Of a stretch of DNA of 64,000 bases, positions 26,069 to 37,468 are shown piece by piece. Under the pieces are notes generated by a model. The model did no database searches. It worked only from the letters and a program-made list of their open reading frames with translations, and was not told the DNA's origin. Each line of letters opens with the position of its first letter. Positions within the stretch are counted from its first letter, which is position 1. The stretch comes from Chloroflexota bacterium (GTDB lineage Bacteria; Chloroflexota; Dehalococcoidia; Lucifugimonadales; UBA1127): positions 26,082 to 90,081 of the forward strand of contig JAPONS010000069.1 in the NCBI GenBank assembly GCA_026713825.1, given 5' to 3'. The position numbers and the translations under genes are program-made.

Positions 26069-27232
26069 GTGATGACTCAGCAGCCACAGGATGCCACCGG
26101 GCGCGCCGGAACGTACGTCCGGCAGCCGACAGGCTACGCGGCGTTCATCCCCAGGACGCTGCCGCCCGACCTACCGCTGGACGCGGTATCGCTTCAGGGC
26201 GTGCTCTCGCAGGCCGACCTGGCTCTGGGCCGGCTGGACGGCGCAGCACTCACCCTGCCGGACCCCGATGTCTTTGTCTTCATGTACATTCGCAAAGAAG
26301 CGCTGCTTTCCAGCCAAATCGAAGGAACGCAGAGCTCGCTGCAGGACGTGCTCGCCGTGCAGGGACAGCTCTTTGCCCCGGCCAGGCCCGTCGACGCGGC
26401 CGAAGTGGTCAACTACATCGGCGCAATGGAGCTTGGGCTGCAGCAGCTCGAAACGCTGCCGGTTTCCGTGCGCCTCTTGCGCAATATCCACCGCCGGCTG
26501 CTCCAAGGCGTCCGGGGGTCGCACCTCACGCCCGGCGAGCTACGGACATCGCAGAACTGGGTCGGCCCGCAGGGGGCCAGCATTCGGAACGCCGCCTTCG
26601 TGCCGCCGCCGCCAGACCTTGTGCTGAACGCCCTCGGCGACCTGGAGCGTTTCCTGCACGCCGAGGACGACCTGCCCTTGCTCATCCGCATCGGCCTCGC
26701 CCACGCGCAGTTTGAAACCATACACCCCTTCCTTGACGGCAACGGGCGGCTTGGCCGGCTGCTCATCACCTTTCTCCTGACAGAACGGGGAATTCTCCAC
26801 AAGCCGACCCTCTACCTCTCGCACTACTTTGCCCGCAACCGGCAGCGGTACTATGACCTGCTGCAGGCAGTGAGAGACACGGGCGACTGGGAGGGGTGGC
26901 TCCGCTTCTTTCTTCAGGGGATCGTGGAAGTTGCCGGAGAAGCCGCCGACACGGTCCGGCGCATTCAATCTCTACGCGAGGACGACAGGGCGGCGGTGTC
27001 AAACGCATTCGGCAGGGCCGCCGCAAACGGACTCCGCGTGCTTGAGCGGCTGTACGGAGAACCCTATGTGAACGTGTCCCGGATCCAGGAACTGACGGGT
27101 ACGTCCTACGCCGGCGCCAACCAGCTCGTGTCGCGCATGGTGGAATGCGGCATTCTAGAGGAGATAACTGGGCAAGCTCGAAACAGGGTCTTCGCCTATA
27201 AGCGTTACATGGACCTGTTCGAGACCGCCTAA
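26069..27232 (+). CDS. Fic-family protein (AMPylase-type motif) with N-terminal inhibitory-helix motif and C-terminal wHTH-like region
   Basis: HPFLDGNGRLGRLL matches HxFx(D/E)GNGRxxR. SSQIEG upstream matches (S/T)xxxE(G/N). 387 aa. Confidence 0.9.
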   Translation: MMTQQPQDATGRAGTYVRQPTGYAAFIPRTLPPDLPLDAVSLQGVLSQADLALGRLDGAALTLPDPDVFVFMYIRKEALLSSQIEGTQSSLQDVLAVQGQLFAPARPVDAAEVVNYIGAMELGLQQLETLPVSVRLLRNIHRRLLQGVRGSHLTPGELRTSQNWVGPQGASIRNAAFVPPPPDLVLNALGDLERFLHAEDDLPLLIRIGLAHAQFETIHPFLDGNGRLGRLLITFLLTERGILHKPTLYLSHYFARNRQRYYDLLQAVRDTGDWEGWLRFFLQGIVEVAGEAADTVRRIQSLREDDRAAVSNAFGRAAANGLRVLERLYGEPYVNVSRIQELTGTSYAGANQLVSRMVECGILEEITGQARNRVFAYKRYMDLFETA

Positions 27233-27235
27233 CGC

Positions 27236-29728
27236 CTACGCCAGGTCCACGTCTGTGGCGCCGTCTGCGGTACGGCCCTCGGTGGGGGACCAGCGGCTTA
27301 CCATGCTCGAGGACTGGAGCCACTCCCGGACGGCGGCGCGGAGGGCGCCGGTGCCCATGCCGTGCACGACGCGGACGCGGGCGTGGCCGTCTTGCAGCGC
27401 GCGGTCGAGGAAGGGCGGGAGGCGGTCGAGGGCCTCGTCGACGCGCATGCCACGCAGGTCGAGCTGCGCCGCCGGGAGCTGCTGCAGGGCGCTGACGGCG
27501 GGCGACTCGCCGTTGGGCTCAGTCGAGGGCATGGGCTGCGACTTTCGGGTGTAGCGCTTGCGCGTCGATTCGGCGGCTTGCGCGGCGGCCGGGTCGCGGT
27601 GGAGGACGTGGTCGAGGGGCACCTGCGCGCGCAGCACGCCGACGGCGACCTCCAGCATGCCGCGGTCGTCGGGGGCGGCCATGACCTGCGCGGGGCCCGG
27701 GAAGCCGCGGACGCGGACGGTGTCGCCGGGGCCGAGGCTGTGGAGCCACTCGGCGCGGTCCTCGCGCTTGGGGCGCCATCGCGGGGCGCGGAGCCCTCGA
27801 CGCACGCTCTGCACGGACGCCACGGCCTGTTGCACCTCGGCGAGTGCCTCCTGCTGCGGCGCGGCGGGCGTGTTCAGGAGCGCCTGCTCCGCCGCCTTCA
27901 GCCGCCCCATGAGGTCGTCCGCCTGCGCCTGCAGGTCGTGGCGGGCGGTCTCCATCTGCTCGACGCGCAGCTCCCGCAGCCGCTCAAGCTCGGCCTCCGC
28001 TTGCCGCCGGAGCTCCTGCGCCTCGGCGAGGGCGGCCTCGCCCTCGGCGCGCACGTCGGCAGCGGCCTGGCGCTCCTCGACGACCTCGGCCAGCAGCTCC
28101 TCGACGCGGCGGTGCTCGGGCGAGAGCATCGCCTCCGCCCGCTCGACGACGCCGTGGGGGAGGCCGACGCGCTCCGCGATGGTCAACGCGTAGCTGCGGC
28201 CCGGCAGCCCGACGGTCAGGCCGTAGGTCGGCGCGAAGGTCTCCGGGTCCAGCTCTACGCTGGCGTTCACCATGCCGGGCGTCTCCTGCACGAAGGCGGC
28301 GACGCGGCGGAGGTGGGTGGTGGCGATGGTGGTGACGTCTATCTCCAAGAGGCTCTGCAAGACAGCCTCGGCGAGGGCGGCGCCCTCCTCGGGGTCGGTG
28401 CTGGAACCGAGCTCGTCCATGAGGGCAAGCGAGCGCGACGTGGCCTGCGAGAGGATGCCCCGCACGCTGGTCATGTGCGAGGTGAAGGTGGAGAGCGACT
28501 GCGCGATGCTCTGCTGATCGCCGATGTCCGCGTAGACGCCGTCGAAGATGGGGAGCACGGTGCCGGGCTCGGCGGGCGTCTGCAGCCCGGCCTGGTGCAT
28601 GAGCGCCATGAGGCCGAGGGTCTTGAGCGCGACGGTCTTGCCGCCGCCGTTGGGCCCGGTGATGAGCAGGATGCGCCTCGGGGCGTCCTCCCCGACCTCG
28701 GGCGCGACGTGGCCGAGGTCGAGCGACAGGGGCACGACACGGCCCTTGAGCAGCGGGTGCCGCGCGCCGACGAGGCGCACGTCCTGCAGGCCCTCGTCCG
28801 CCGTCGCCGCCGGGTTGGCACGGAGCGCGAGGGCGTATCGCCCCCTCGCGAGCGTGGCGTCGAGGCGGGCCAGCAACGACTGCGTCAGCTCGACCTCGTC
28901 GGCGTAGTCGCCGATGGAGAGGGAGAGCTCGCGGAGGACGCGCTCCTCCTCTCGGGTCTCGGCCAGCTTCAGCTCGCGCCACTGGTTGCCGAGGGACACG
29001 GCGGCGAGGGGCTCGACGAAGATGGTCTCGCCGCTGCCGGAGACGTCGTGGACGAGGCCGGGCATGCGGCTGCGCATCTCCACGCGCACGGGCACGACAA
29101 GGCGGCCGTTGCGCTCGGTCACCAGCGGCTCCTGCAGGACGCGCCGGGTGCGGTCGGAGCGGACGAGGCGCTGCAGCGTATCCTCCAGCCGCCCGTAGGC
29201 GATGCGCGCCTGGGAGCGGATCTCCCGCAGCGCGGGCGACGCCGCGTCCTCGACCTGCCCGTCGACGCCGATGGCGCGGAAGATGGCCGTCTCGCGGGCG
29301 TCCATGTCTGGGATGTTGCGCGCCAGCGAGGCGAGGGCGGGGCAGTCCCGGTCGTGACGGAGGAAGGCGTTCCGCGCGAGGCGGCCGGCGCGCAGCGTCT
29401 CGGCGACGGCGCGCAGCTCCAGCCCGGTGAGGACGCCGCCCTTGGCGGCCCGCTGCGCCTCGACGGAGACGTCGCCGGCCTCGCCGAACTCCATGCTGCC
29501 GCCCACCTCGAGGAAGAGGCGGGCCTCCGCGGTCTCGCGCTGCCGCTCGGCGACGGCGCCGGGGTCGGAGGAGGGCGTGAGGGCGAGGGCCTCGCGGCGG
29601 CCTAGCATGAAGCCGGTATTCGAGGCGAGCTGCTCCAGCACCGCCGGGAACTCCAGCAGCTCCAGCGAGCGTGAGCGCAAAGCGTCCGCCGTGCCGCCGT
29701 CCAAAGCGTCTGCAGGTGCGGTCTCCAC
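27236..29728 (-). CDS. mutS2: endonuclease MutS2
   Basis: Walker A GPNGGGKT, MutS domain V and a C-terminal Smr domain (LDLRGMRVDEAL...VRVVHGMGTGALR). Start is GTG 29728 after GGGAGGG; the ORF track allows 29803. Confidence 0.9.
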   Translation of the reverse strand: METAPADALDGGTADALRSRSLELLEFPAVLEQLASNTGFMLGRREALALTPSSDPGAVAERQRETAEARLFLEVGGSMEFGEAGDVSVEAQRAAKGGVLTGLELRAVAETLRAGRLARNAFLRHDRDCPALASLARNIPDMDARETAIFRAIGVDGQVEDAASPALREIRSQARIAYGRLEDTLQRLVRSDRTRRVLQEPLVTERNGRLVVPVRVEMRSRMPGLVHDVSGSGETIFVEPLAAVSLGNQWRELKLAETREEERVLRELSLSIGDYADEVELTQSLLARLDATLARGRYALALRANPAATADEGLQDVRLVGARHPLLKGRVVPLSLDLGHVAPEVGEDAPRRILLITGPNGGGKTVALKTLGLMALMHQAGLQTPAEPGTVLPIFDGVYADIGDQQSIAQSLSTFTSHMTSVRGILSQATSRSLALMDELGSSTDPEEGAALAEAVLQSLLEIDVTTIATTHLRRVAAFVQETPGMVNASVELDPETFAPTYGLTVGLPGRSYALTIAERVGLPHGVVERAEAMLSPEHRRVEELLAEVVEERQAAADVRAEGEAALAEAQELRRQAEAELERLRELRVEQMETARHDLQAQADDLMGRLKAAEQALLNTPAAPQQEALAEVQQAVASVQSVRRGLRAPRWRPKREDRAEWLHSLGPGDTVRVRGFPGPAQVMAAPDDRGMLEVAVGVLRAQVPLDHVLHRDPAAAQAAESTRKRYTRKSQPMPSTEPNGESPAVSALQQLPAAQLDLRGMRVDEALDRLPPFLDRALQDGHARVRVVHGMGTGALRAAVREWLQSSSMVSRWSPTEGRTADGATDVDLA

Positions 29729-29838
29729 AGTCCCTCCCAGTGACAATTGTACACGAGGCCAAAGCCGGACCTGTTTGACAAGCCCGGAGGCCTTAGCTAT
29801 CATTCGGCGTTCTGTCAGTCATTCGCTTAGGGGAGCGT

Positions 29839-31986
29839 ATGGTCATCAGGCGGGTCATTGCCTTGGCGCTGGCGCTGGCGCTGGCGCCCATGCTTATACT
29901 GGCCTTACTCACGTCACAGGCCTGCGGCACGGTCCTTTCCTCTGACTTCTACAAAGAGCAGCTGCGCGAGGCCGACATCTACAACTTCCTCTACGACGAG
30001 CTTCTTCCCGTCGCCGTAGAGGAGGGGTTGCACAACGCCGATGGGGTCGCGCCGGCGTTCAAGTTGGACGCTGATTTTGTAGTGACAAGCATCAGAGACG
30101 CGCTGCCGCCCGATTGGCTGCAACAACAGACGGAGGGGGCCATCGACAGCCTCGGGCCGTACCTGCTGGGCCAGTCCGACTCCTTCACCCTCACCATCAG
30201 CCCCGACGAACGGGCAGAAGCAGTCGAGGCCGCCATCATCGCCCTCATAGACCGGGTGGACCTGCACCAGTGGCTCCTGGAGGAGAGGGCGCCGGAGACT
30301 GTCCAGAATCGCCTGGACAGCCAAGACCTGCCTTTGGGCATCCAGCTCACCTCCGATGAGGCTCTCGTCTCCTTGGAGCGGGTGGTGACGCCTGAATACG
30401 TGCGGTCGCAGCAGACGGGAGCGGCCAAGGCCCTGGCGGCCTACCTCACGGGCCGCAGCGACTCCTTCAGCTTCACCTTCGATTTCTCCGACCGCGCCGC
30501 GCCGCTGGAGGAGGAGATGACCGCCATCCTGGACCGGGCCGACCTCTCGGGCTACGTGCGGCAGGAGGCGCTGGATCCCGCGCTGGACGAGAACGTGACC
30601 GAGGACGTGGCCCTGCCCTTTGACGTTGTGGTCTCCCGGGAGGAGATCCGGGCGGCCATCGAATCGGCAATTACGGATGAGTGGCTGGCCGTCGAGTCCC
30701 GGCGGCTTGTGGACGCCGCTGTACCCTACATCTCCGGCAGGAGCGACGGATTTGCGCTACGGATTTCATTGCGGGAGCGCACTGAGGCCTCCATTCTGGC
30801 GCTGACTGAGGCGGTGAAGAAGACCTACGCGGACCGCCTGGAAGCCGCGCCGCCATGCACCCCGGCCCAGGCGCTCGCGCTGGCCCGGGGCAACCCCGTG
30901 GGCCTGTGCAGCCAACCGGGCGTCACCGCCGACGGCTTCCTCAGGGACGCGGGCGTTGACGTTGACGCATTGTTGAGCGCGGCCGTCCACGATATGGCAC
31001 CCGGCGAGGTCACCTTCACGCATGAGGACCTCACTGAAGCAACCCAGGGCGGGGAGGATTCGGACCTCATTGCCGAGGTGCGCGAAGCCATGCGCGACGG
31101 CTGGACCGTCTCTGAGGAAGACCTGCGGGATGCGCTGGCGGGGCAGGACTCCGGCCTGGTGGATGCCCTGGACACGGTGCGCGAGGGGTTCAGTGAGGGC
31201 TGGACGTGGACGGAGGAGGACCTGCGGGAGGCCATTGCGGACCCGGACTCGGCCGATGCTGAGGAATCTCTGGACGCCTTTGATCTGGCGCGTGACGGGG
31301 TGAACAGCCTGCGGATCGTGGGGCCCCTGCTGCTGGCGCTGTCGCTGGGACTGGTCGCCGGAGCGGGACTCCTGGGCGGGCGAAGGTGGCCGGTGAAGCT
31401 CGGCTTGGGGGGCAGCGCCCTCCTGGCGGCGGCGCTGGGCGCACTCCTGGTCACCTTTATCGCGGCCGGCCTGGGCGGCGTGGTGTCCGACGCCCAGGCG
31501 GAGGCTGCTGCTGAAGCGGCGCAGACCCAGGGCGATGAACGGGTGGAAGCCCTGCTGTCGGCCAAGCTGCTAGGGGTTGTGGACCGGGGCATCGGCCGCG
31601 TAATCGGCGGCATGCGGCTACAGGCGCTGCTCCTGGCGCTGCTGGGCGCCGCGGCCGTCGCGGGCGGCGTCGTCTGGGCCCGCCAGAAACCGCGGCAAGC
31701 GCCGACTCCAGAGGGCGGCGCTCCGGGGCGGCCGCCACCCCCCGCGCCTCAGGAGAAAGCGCCGCCGGTCGACGAGGAACCCACAGAGGACAGCGGGCCG
31801 CAGGAGGGCGATGCTCCACCGGCCAGCGAAGACAGTCCTGAGGAGCCGGAAGCATCACCTGATGGCGCACCGTCCGGCGAGGAGAGCGGGCCGCAGGAAG
31901 GCGATGCCTCTACTGGCGACGCTCCACCGGCCGATGATAGCGAGCCTGAAGAGCCTCAAGCGCCTGACGAGAACCGGCCTGTCTAG
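29839..31986 (+). CDS. repeat-containing membrane protein of unknown function
   Basis: N-terminal TM segment and C-terminal TM cluster. Three copies of the module Y(L/I)xG(Q/R)SD(S/G)Fx(L/F)x(I/F). GWTVSEEDLRDAL / GWTWTEEDLREAI duplication. Acidic Pro-rich tail with a repeated SGPQEGDA. Confidence 0.5.
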   Translation: MVIRRVIALALALALAPMLILALLTSQACGTVLSSDFYKEQLREADIYNFLYDELLPVAVEEGLHNADGVAPAFKLDADFVVTSIRDALPPDWLQQQTEGAIDSLGPYLLGQSDSFTLTISPDERAEAVEAAIIALIDRVDLHQWLLEERAPETVQNRLDSQDLPLGIQLTSDEALVSLERVVTPEYVRSQQTGAAKALAAYLTGRSDSFSFTFDFSDRAAPLEEEMTAILDRADLSGYVRQEALDPALDENVTEDVALPFDVVVSREEIRAAIESAITDEWLAVESRRLVDAAVPYISGRSDGFALRISLRERTEASILALTEAVKKTYADRLEAAPPCTPAQALALARGNPVGLCSQPGVTADGFLRDAGVDVDALLSAAVHDMAPGEVTFTHEDLTEATQGGEDSDLIAEVREAMRDGWTVSEEDLRDALAGQDSGLVDALDTVREGFSEGWTWTEEDLREAIADPDSADAEESLDAFDLARDGVNSLRIVGPLLLALSLGLVAGAGLLGGRRWPVKLGLGGSALLAAALGALLVTFIAAGLGGVVSDAQAEAAAEAAQTQGDERVEALLSAKLLGVVDRGIGRVIGGMRLQALLLALLGAAAVAGGVVWARQKPRQAPTPEGGAPGRPPPPAPQEKAPPVDEEPTEDSGPQEGDAPPASEDSPEEPEASPDGAPSGEESGPQEGDASTGDAPPADDSEPEEPQAPDENRPV

Positions 31987-32879
31987 CCGCGCCGCGACAC
32001 CTCGCCAAGGAAGCCCAGCAGCAGCCGGTTGTACTCCTCCGCCTTCTCCAGTTGGGGCCAGTGGCCGCAGAAGGGAATCAGCGTGCAGCGGCAATCCCTG
32101 ATGGCGAAGACCACCTTGATGGCCGCGTCGATGAGGATGGGCTGGTCCTCTTCGCTGTAGAAGTAGGGCTCGTCGCGGCCGTGAAGGAGGTAGGTGGGCG
32201 CGGTGATGGCGGCGTAGACCTCGTCCGACGTGGCGGCCCGGCCCCGGCTGATCTGCCCGATGGCCTCGTCGATCACGCGCTGCAGCAGGTCCGGGTCTGA
32301 AAGGGAGTCGAGGCGGAGCTGCGCCGTGGCGTCGATCTCAGAGTGGTCGCGGTCGTAGAAGAAGTCTGCGGTGGCGTTGCGCATGTCCTCGTAGGTCAGC
32401 TGCGGCTTTGTGAGCATGGCGCGGGCGAAGTTCATGCGGGCCGTCTGGCCGAGCAGCGGGACGATGGGCTTCGTCGCCTCCGTGTCCACCCGCGGCTCGC
32501 CGCCGCTGAGGGTCAGGCTGCGCACGCGGTCCGGGTAGCGGGCAGAGAAGTTGGTGGCCGCCATGCCGCCGCCGGAGTTGCCGGCAAGGTGCGCCCGGTC
32601 AATGCCGTGGGCGTCGAGGAACGCAGCCATGCCCTCCACTGCGTTGCCCGGCGAGGTGCGCCCAAAGCCGGGCGAGTCCGGCGCGAGGACGCGGTAGCCC
32701 GCCTCCGCGACGGCGTCCAGGTTCAGGCGCCAGCACTGGTAGGCGGAGACGCCCGCGCCGCCCGTGTGCATGAAGACGACGGGCTCTCCCGCCGGGTCGC
32801 CGAGCTCATAGTAGAAATACTCGATGCTGCCGTCGCCGACGGGCACGGTTATCGTCTTGCCGTCCTGGATGTTCACCAT
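31983..32879 (-). CDS. alpha/beta hydrolase
   Basis: Nucleophile elbow LAGNSGGG (GxSxG), HG motif FMHTGGAG and a C-terminal CGHW His. Confidence 0.8.
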   Translation of the reverse strand: MVNIQDGKTITVPVGDGSIEYFYYELGDPAGEPVVFMHTGGAGVSAYQCWRLNLDAVAEAGYRVLAPDSPGFGRTSPGNAVEGMAAFLDAHGIDRAHLAGNSGGGMAATNFSARYPDRVRSLTLSGGEPRVDTEATKPIVPLLGQTARMNFARAMLTKPQLTYEDMRNATADFFYDRDHSEIDATAQLRLDSLSDPDLLQRVIDEAIGQISRGRAATSDEVYAAITAPTYLLHGRDEPYFYSEEDQPILIDAAIKVVFAIRDCRCTLIPFCGHWPQLEKAEEYNRLLLGFLGEVSRRG

Positions 32880-32885
32880 AGCGCA

Positions 32886-34460
32886 CTACTCCTCACATAC
32901 GACGCCATCGCCGTCTCCGTCGCGGGCGCCGGGCACGAGCTCCGCCGGGAACCCCCTGCCGGGGCCGCTCGACCCCTGCAGGCGCGGCTCACCGGCAGCC
33001 TCCGCGTCGTCGCAGGAAGCATAGGTGCCATCGCTGCCGGGCGCAACGGTGGGCGTTGGGTCAGGCGAGCCGGAGGACGACGCGGGGCGTCGCGCCTCGC
33101 ACACGACGCCGTCACCGTCGCCGTCACGGGCGCCGGGCACGATCTCCGCGGGGAAGCCCCATCCCTCGCCGATGCTGCCCTGCACGCGCTCCTCCCCCGC
33201 GGCCTCGGCCTCATCGCACGAGGCGTATGTGCGGGCGGTGGAGGGCGCTGGGGTGGCCGCGGCTGTTGGCGACGGGCTGGTGGCCGCAGTTGATGTTGCG
33301 GTGGGAGCCGGGGTGGACGCCGCGGGCGTCGGGGTGGCGGTGGCGTCGGCGGGCGCAGGGGCTGACTGAGGGGTGGCAGTCGCTGGAGCGTCCACCTCGC
33401 ACACGATGCCGTCACCGTCGCCATCGCGGGCGGAGGGTACGCTTGCGGCGGAGAAGCCCACCCCGGGGCCAATGTAGCCCTGCACGCGCTCCTCTCCCGC
33501 GGCGGCGGCCTGGTCGCAGGTCGTGTATACCCTGACCGGCGCAGGCGTTGCGGAGGGCACGAACGTGGACGTCGCGGTGGGCAACGGCATGGCCGTGGGT
33601 TGCGCGCTCGCGGCCAGCACGACCTCGCACACGACGCCGTCACCGTCGCCGTCGCGGTTGTTGGGCAACAGGGACGCGGGGAAGCCCCATCCCTCGCCCA
33701 CCCCGCCCTTCACGCGCGGCTCCCCGGCAGCGGCGGCCTCGTCACAGGAGGCGTACGCGCGAATAGGCTGGGGCGCGGCGGGCTGGGCTACGAGCGCCTC
33801 GCCGGCGGCCTCGAATTCAACGACGCCATCGCACGTCTTCAGCATATCCTGCAGGGCGATGGTCTCGGCATGGGTTGCCGTCAGGCCCCACGTCTGCTTT
33901 ACCCCCGCCCAAGACGAGGCGTACTCACACCAGTACGCCTCGTCCGGCGGCCGCCACTCCTCCGGGCCTTTCGCGCCCTTCTCGCGGTTGACCAAGGCGG
34001 TGACGGCGATGAGGTGCGCGTCATCGCCGAGGCTGTTGGCGAACTGCCTCTTGCGCTCCGCTGACCACGCCCAGCCGCCGGAGCGGTGCGCATTGGCAAG
34101 GGGCACCAGGTGGTCGATGTCCAGATCGCGGGGGTCCGTGTAGGTGGCGCCGGTGTACGGGTCCAGCCATCGGCCGGCCTCAACGCTGCACCGGCGGTCA
34201 TCGCGGTAGGTCACCCGATCCCTGCTCTCCGCGACGAGCACCTCCTGCCGCGTGTCCTGGCAATCGCCATCGTCGTCAACCCAATGGGGCCACTCGTCCC
34301 GGTCGTAGGGCGGCAGGTCGTCCGGCGGCTCCGCGATGGTGAGGGAGAGGTCGACGGGGATGGGCGTCGCGGGGGATGGCGCGACGCTGTCAAGGAGGTC
34401 GCCGCACGCTGCCGCAGAGAGCAGCAGGGCAACGAGGAGGACGCGACGTGCAAGGGTCAT
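32886..34460 (-). CDS. secreted lipoprotein: DUF1524/HNH-type nuclease domain plus four excalibur calcium-binding repeats
   Basis: Lipobox LLSAAAC. DIDHLVPLANAHRSGG...NREKGAKGP is the GmrSD C-terminal type HNH pattern. Four copies of YASCDEAxAAGE...RDGDGDGVVCE. Confidence 0.75.
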   Translation of the reverse strand: MTLARRVLLVALLLSAAACGDLLDSVAPSPATPIPVDLSLTIAEPPDDLPPYDRDEWPHWVDDDGDCQDTRQEVLVAESRDRVTYRDDRRCSVEAGRWLDPYTGATYTDPRDLDIDHLVPLANAHRSGGWAWSAERKRQFANSLGDDAHLIAVTALVNREKGAKGPEEWRPPDEAYWCEYASSWAGVKQTWGLTATHAETIALQDMLKTCDGVVEFEAAGEALVAQPAAPQPIRAYASCDEAAAAGEPRVKGGVGEGWGFPASLLPNNRDGDGDGVVCEVVLAASAQPTAMPLPTATSTFVPSATPAPVRVYTTCDQAAAAGEERVQGYIGPGVGFSAASVPSARDGDGDGIVCEVDAPATATPQSAPAPADATATPTPAASTPAPTATSTAATSPSPTAAATPAPSTARTYASCDEAEAAGEERVQGSIGEGWGFPAEIVPGARDGDGDGVVCEARRPASSSGSPDPTPTVAPGSDGTYASCDDAEAAGEPRLQGSSGPGRGFPAELVPGARDGDGDGVVCEE

Positions 34461-34555
34461 GCAGTCGATTATACGGACGTAAAGGCGCGAAAACGCAGCG
34501 CAAAGGCCCTGCATTGCGAGCCCTTTGGCCATTCACCCGGGTGACGGCGCAGCCG

Positions 34556-36346
<1,791 letters not shown>

Positions 36347-36418
36347 GAGGGCTCCCTTCTGGTTGGTATTGGCGGCAAGCGGCGACGCGATAACGCGGTT
36401 CCTCGCTCGAAGCCGAGT

Positions 36419-36922
36419 CTACCCTTCTTTGAGCGCGATTCCGACCCAGAACTCCATTATCGATAAGTCAGAGGTGTCTGAAGAATAACGATGGTCATAG
36501 CGTTCGAGTTCAATCCCGCTCCAACGGTAGCCTGAATTCGGCAACCAATTTCGAAATGCATAGTCGAGGGTCATCCCCAGGTTACCGATTGGGCCCCTGT
36601 GCTCGAACACTGCGTAATCACACGCCGGGAGGTCGTAACGCACCATGCCGTCCGGCAGCGAACCAACCTCTGAGACCGCCACCCCAGCGACGTAGCGAAT
36701 CTCGTCAGTTTTGCCGTTCCCACCACCTGCCGGCGGGACGATAACCCCATACATGCTTGCATCCGCTCTGTTCGGCACCTCGTCGCAGCGGGTATGGAAA
36801 CGGTCCCATAGCGGTGGTATGACCTCAAAGTTGTTGGCCTTGGCTGACTCAATTCCGAAGAATGCAGCATCCAGACCAACAACGGTGAAGGCGTCCAATT
36901 GGCGGATTTCCGGTGTTTCCAT
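36419..36922 (-). CDS. GyrI-like small-molecule-binding domain protein
   Basis: Two-repeat beta-alpha-beta-beta pattern: FTVVGL..., YGVIVP..., YAVFEHRGP..., ELERYD. GC is lower than in the neighbours. Confidence 0.6.
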   Translation of the reverse strand: METPEIRQLDAFTVVGLDAAFFGIESAKANNFEVIPPLWDRFHTRCDEVPNRADASMYGVIVPPAGGGNGKTDEIRYVAGVAVSEVGSLPDGMVRYDLPACDYAVFEHRGPIGNLGMTLDYAFRNWLPNSGYRWSGIELERYDHRYSSDTSDLSIMEFWVGIALKEG

Positions 36923-37048
36923 AGCTCACATCGTGCGCCTGAAATGGGAATACACCCGACGTTGGATCAGACCGCAGAAGACGGACAATCCATAGGTGAA
37001 GTGCTCACTACCATTGTCAGGCGAGCACCCTCTCGTGTCCACACCCGC

Positions 37049-37468
37049 CTACCCCGCCAAGTTCGGCAGCAGCCAGCCGAAGGTGACGGCGAAGAGCACG
37101 GGTGAGGGGAGCATCCAGCCGCGGATGCGGCCGCCGGCCGCCGCCGTCGCGAGGAAGTAGACGGCTCCGAGGGCGAGTACGAAAAGGGTGTACCAGAGGA
37201 AAGGGCTGCCGAGGCCTCCCGTGGTGTCCTCGCCGTGGAGGAGCCAGTAGACGGCGCCGGCGATGAGGCCCGCGAGCGTCCACGCCGAGTGCGTGAAGAG
37301 GGCCATGGGCGCGACCAGCTTGAAGAAGCTCTGCTGGTTGAGGGCGGCCTGCAGCCACCGCGGGGCGTCGTCGCCGCGGAGGCGCCGCATCGCCATGATG
37401 GTGAGCACGTCGAAGCCGAGGCCCATGATGGCGCCGCTGATGACGCCCGCGAGTATCGGGTGCATCAC
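37049..37468 (-). CDS. small integral membrane protein, unknown function
   Basis: 139 aa with four hydrophobic segments. 4-nt overlap with the ispE stop. Confidence 0.4.
   Translation of the reverse strand: MMHPILAGVISGAIMGLGFDVLTIMAMRRLRGDDAPRWLQAALNQQSFFKLVAPMALFTHSAWTLAGLIAGAVYWLLHGEDTTGGLGSPFLWYTLFVLALGAVYFLATAAAGGRIRGWMLPSPVLFAVTFGWLLPNLAG

Noticed and set aside
27362-29762. ORFs 27362..29605 (+) and 27984..29762 (-) of 592-747 aa
   Set aside because: They are shadow frames of mutS2, with no motifs and extreme Arg/Gly/Ala/Pro content.
32900-33800. Strong nucleotide-level tandem repetition
   Set aside because: It is explained by the four excalibur domain repeats of one coding sequence. 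It is not an independent repeat element.
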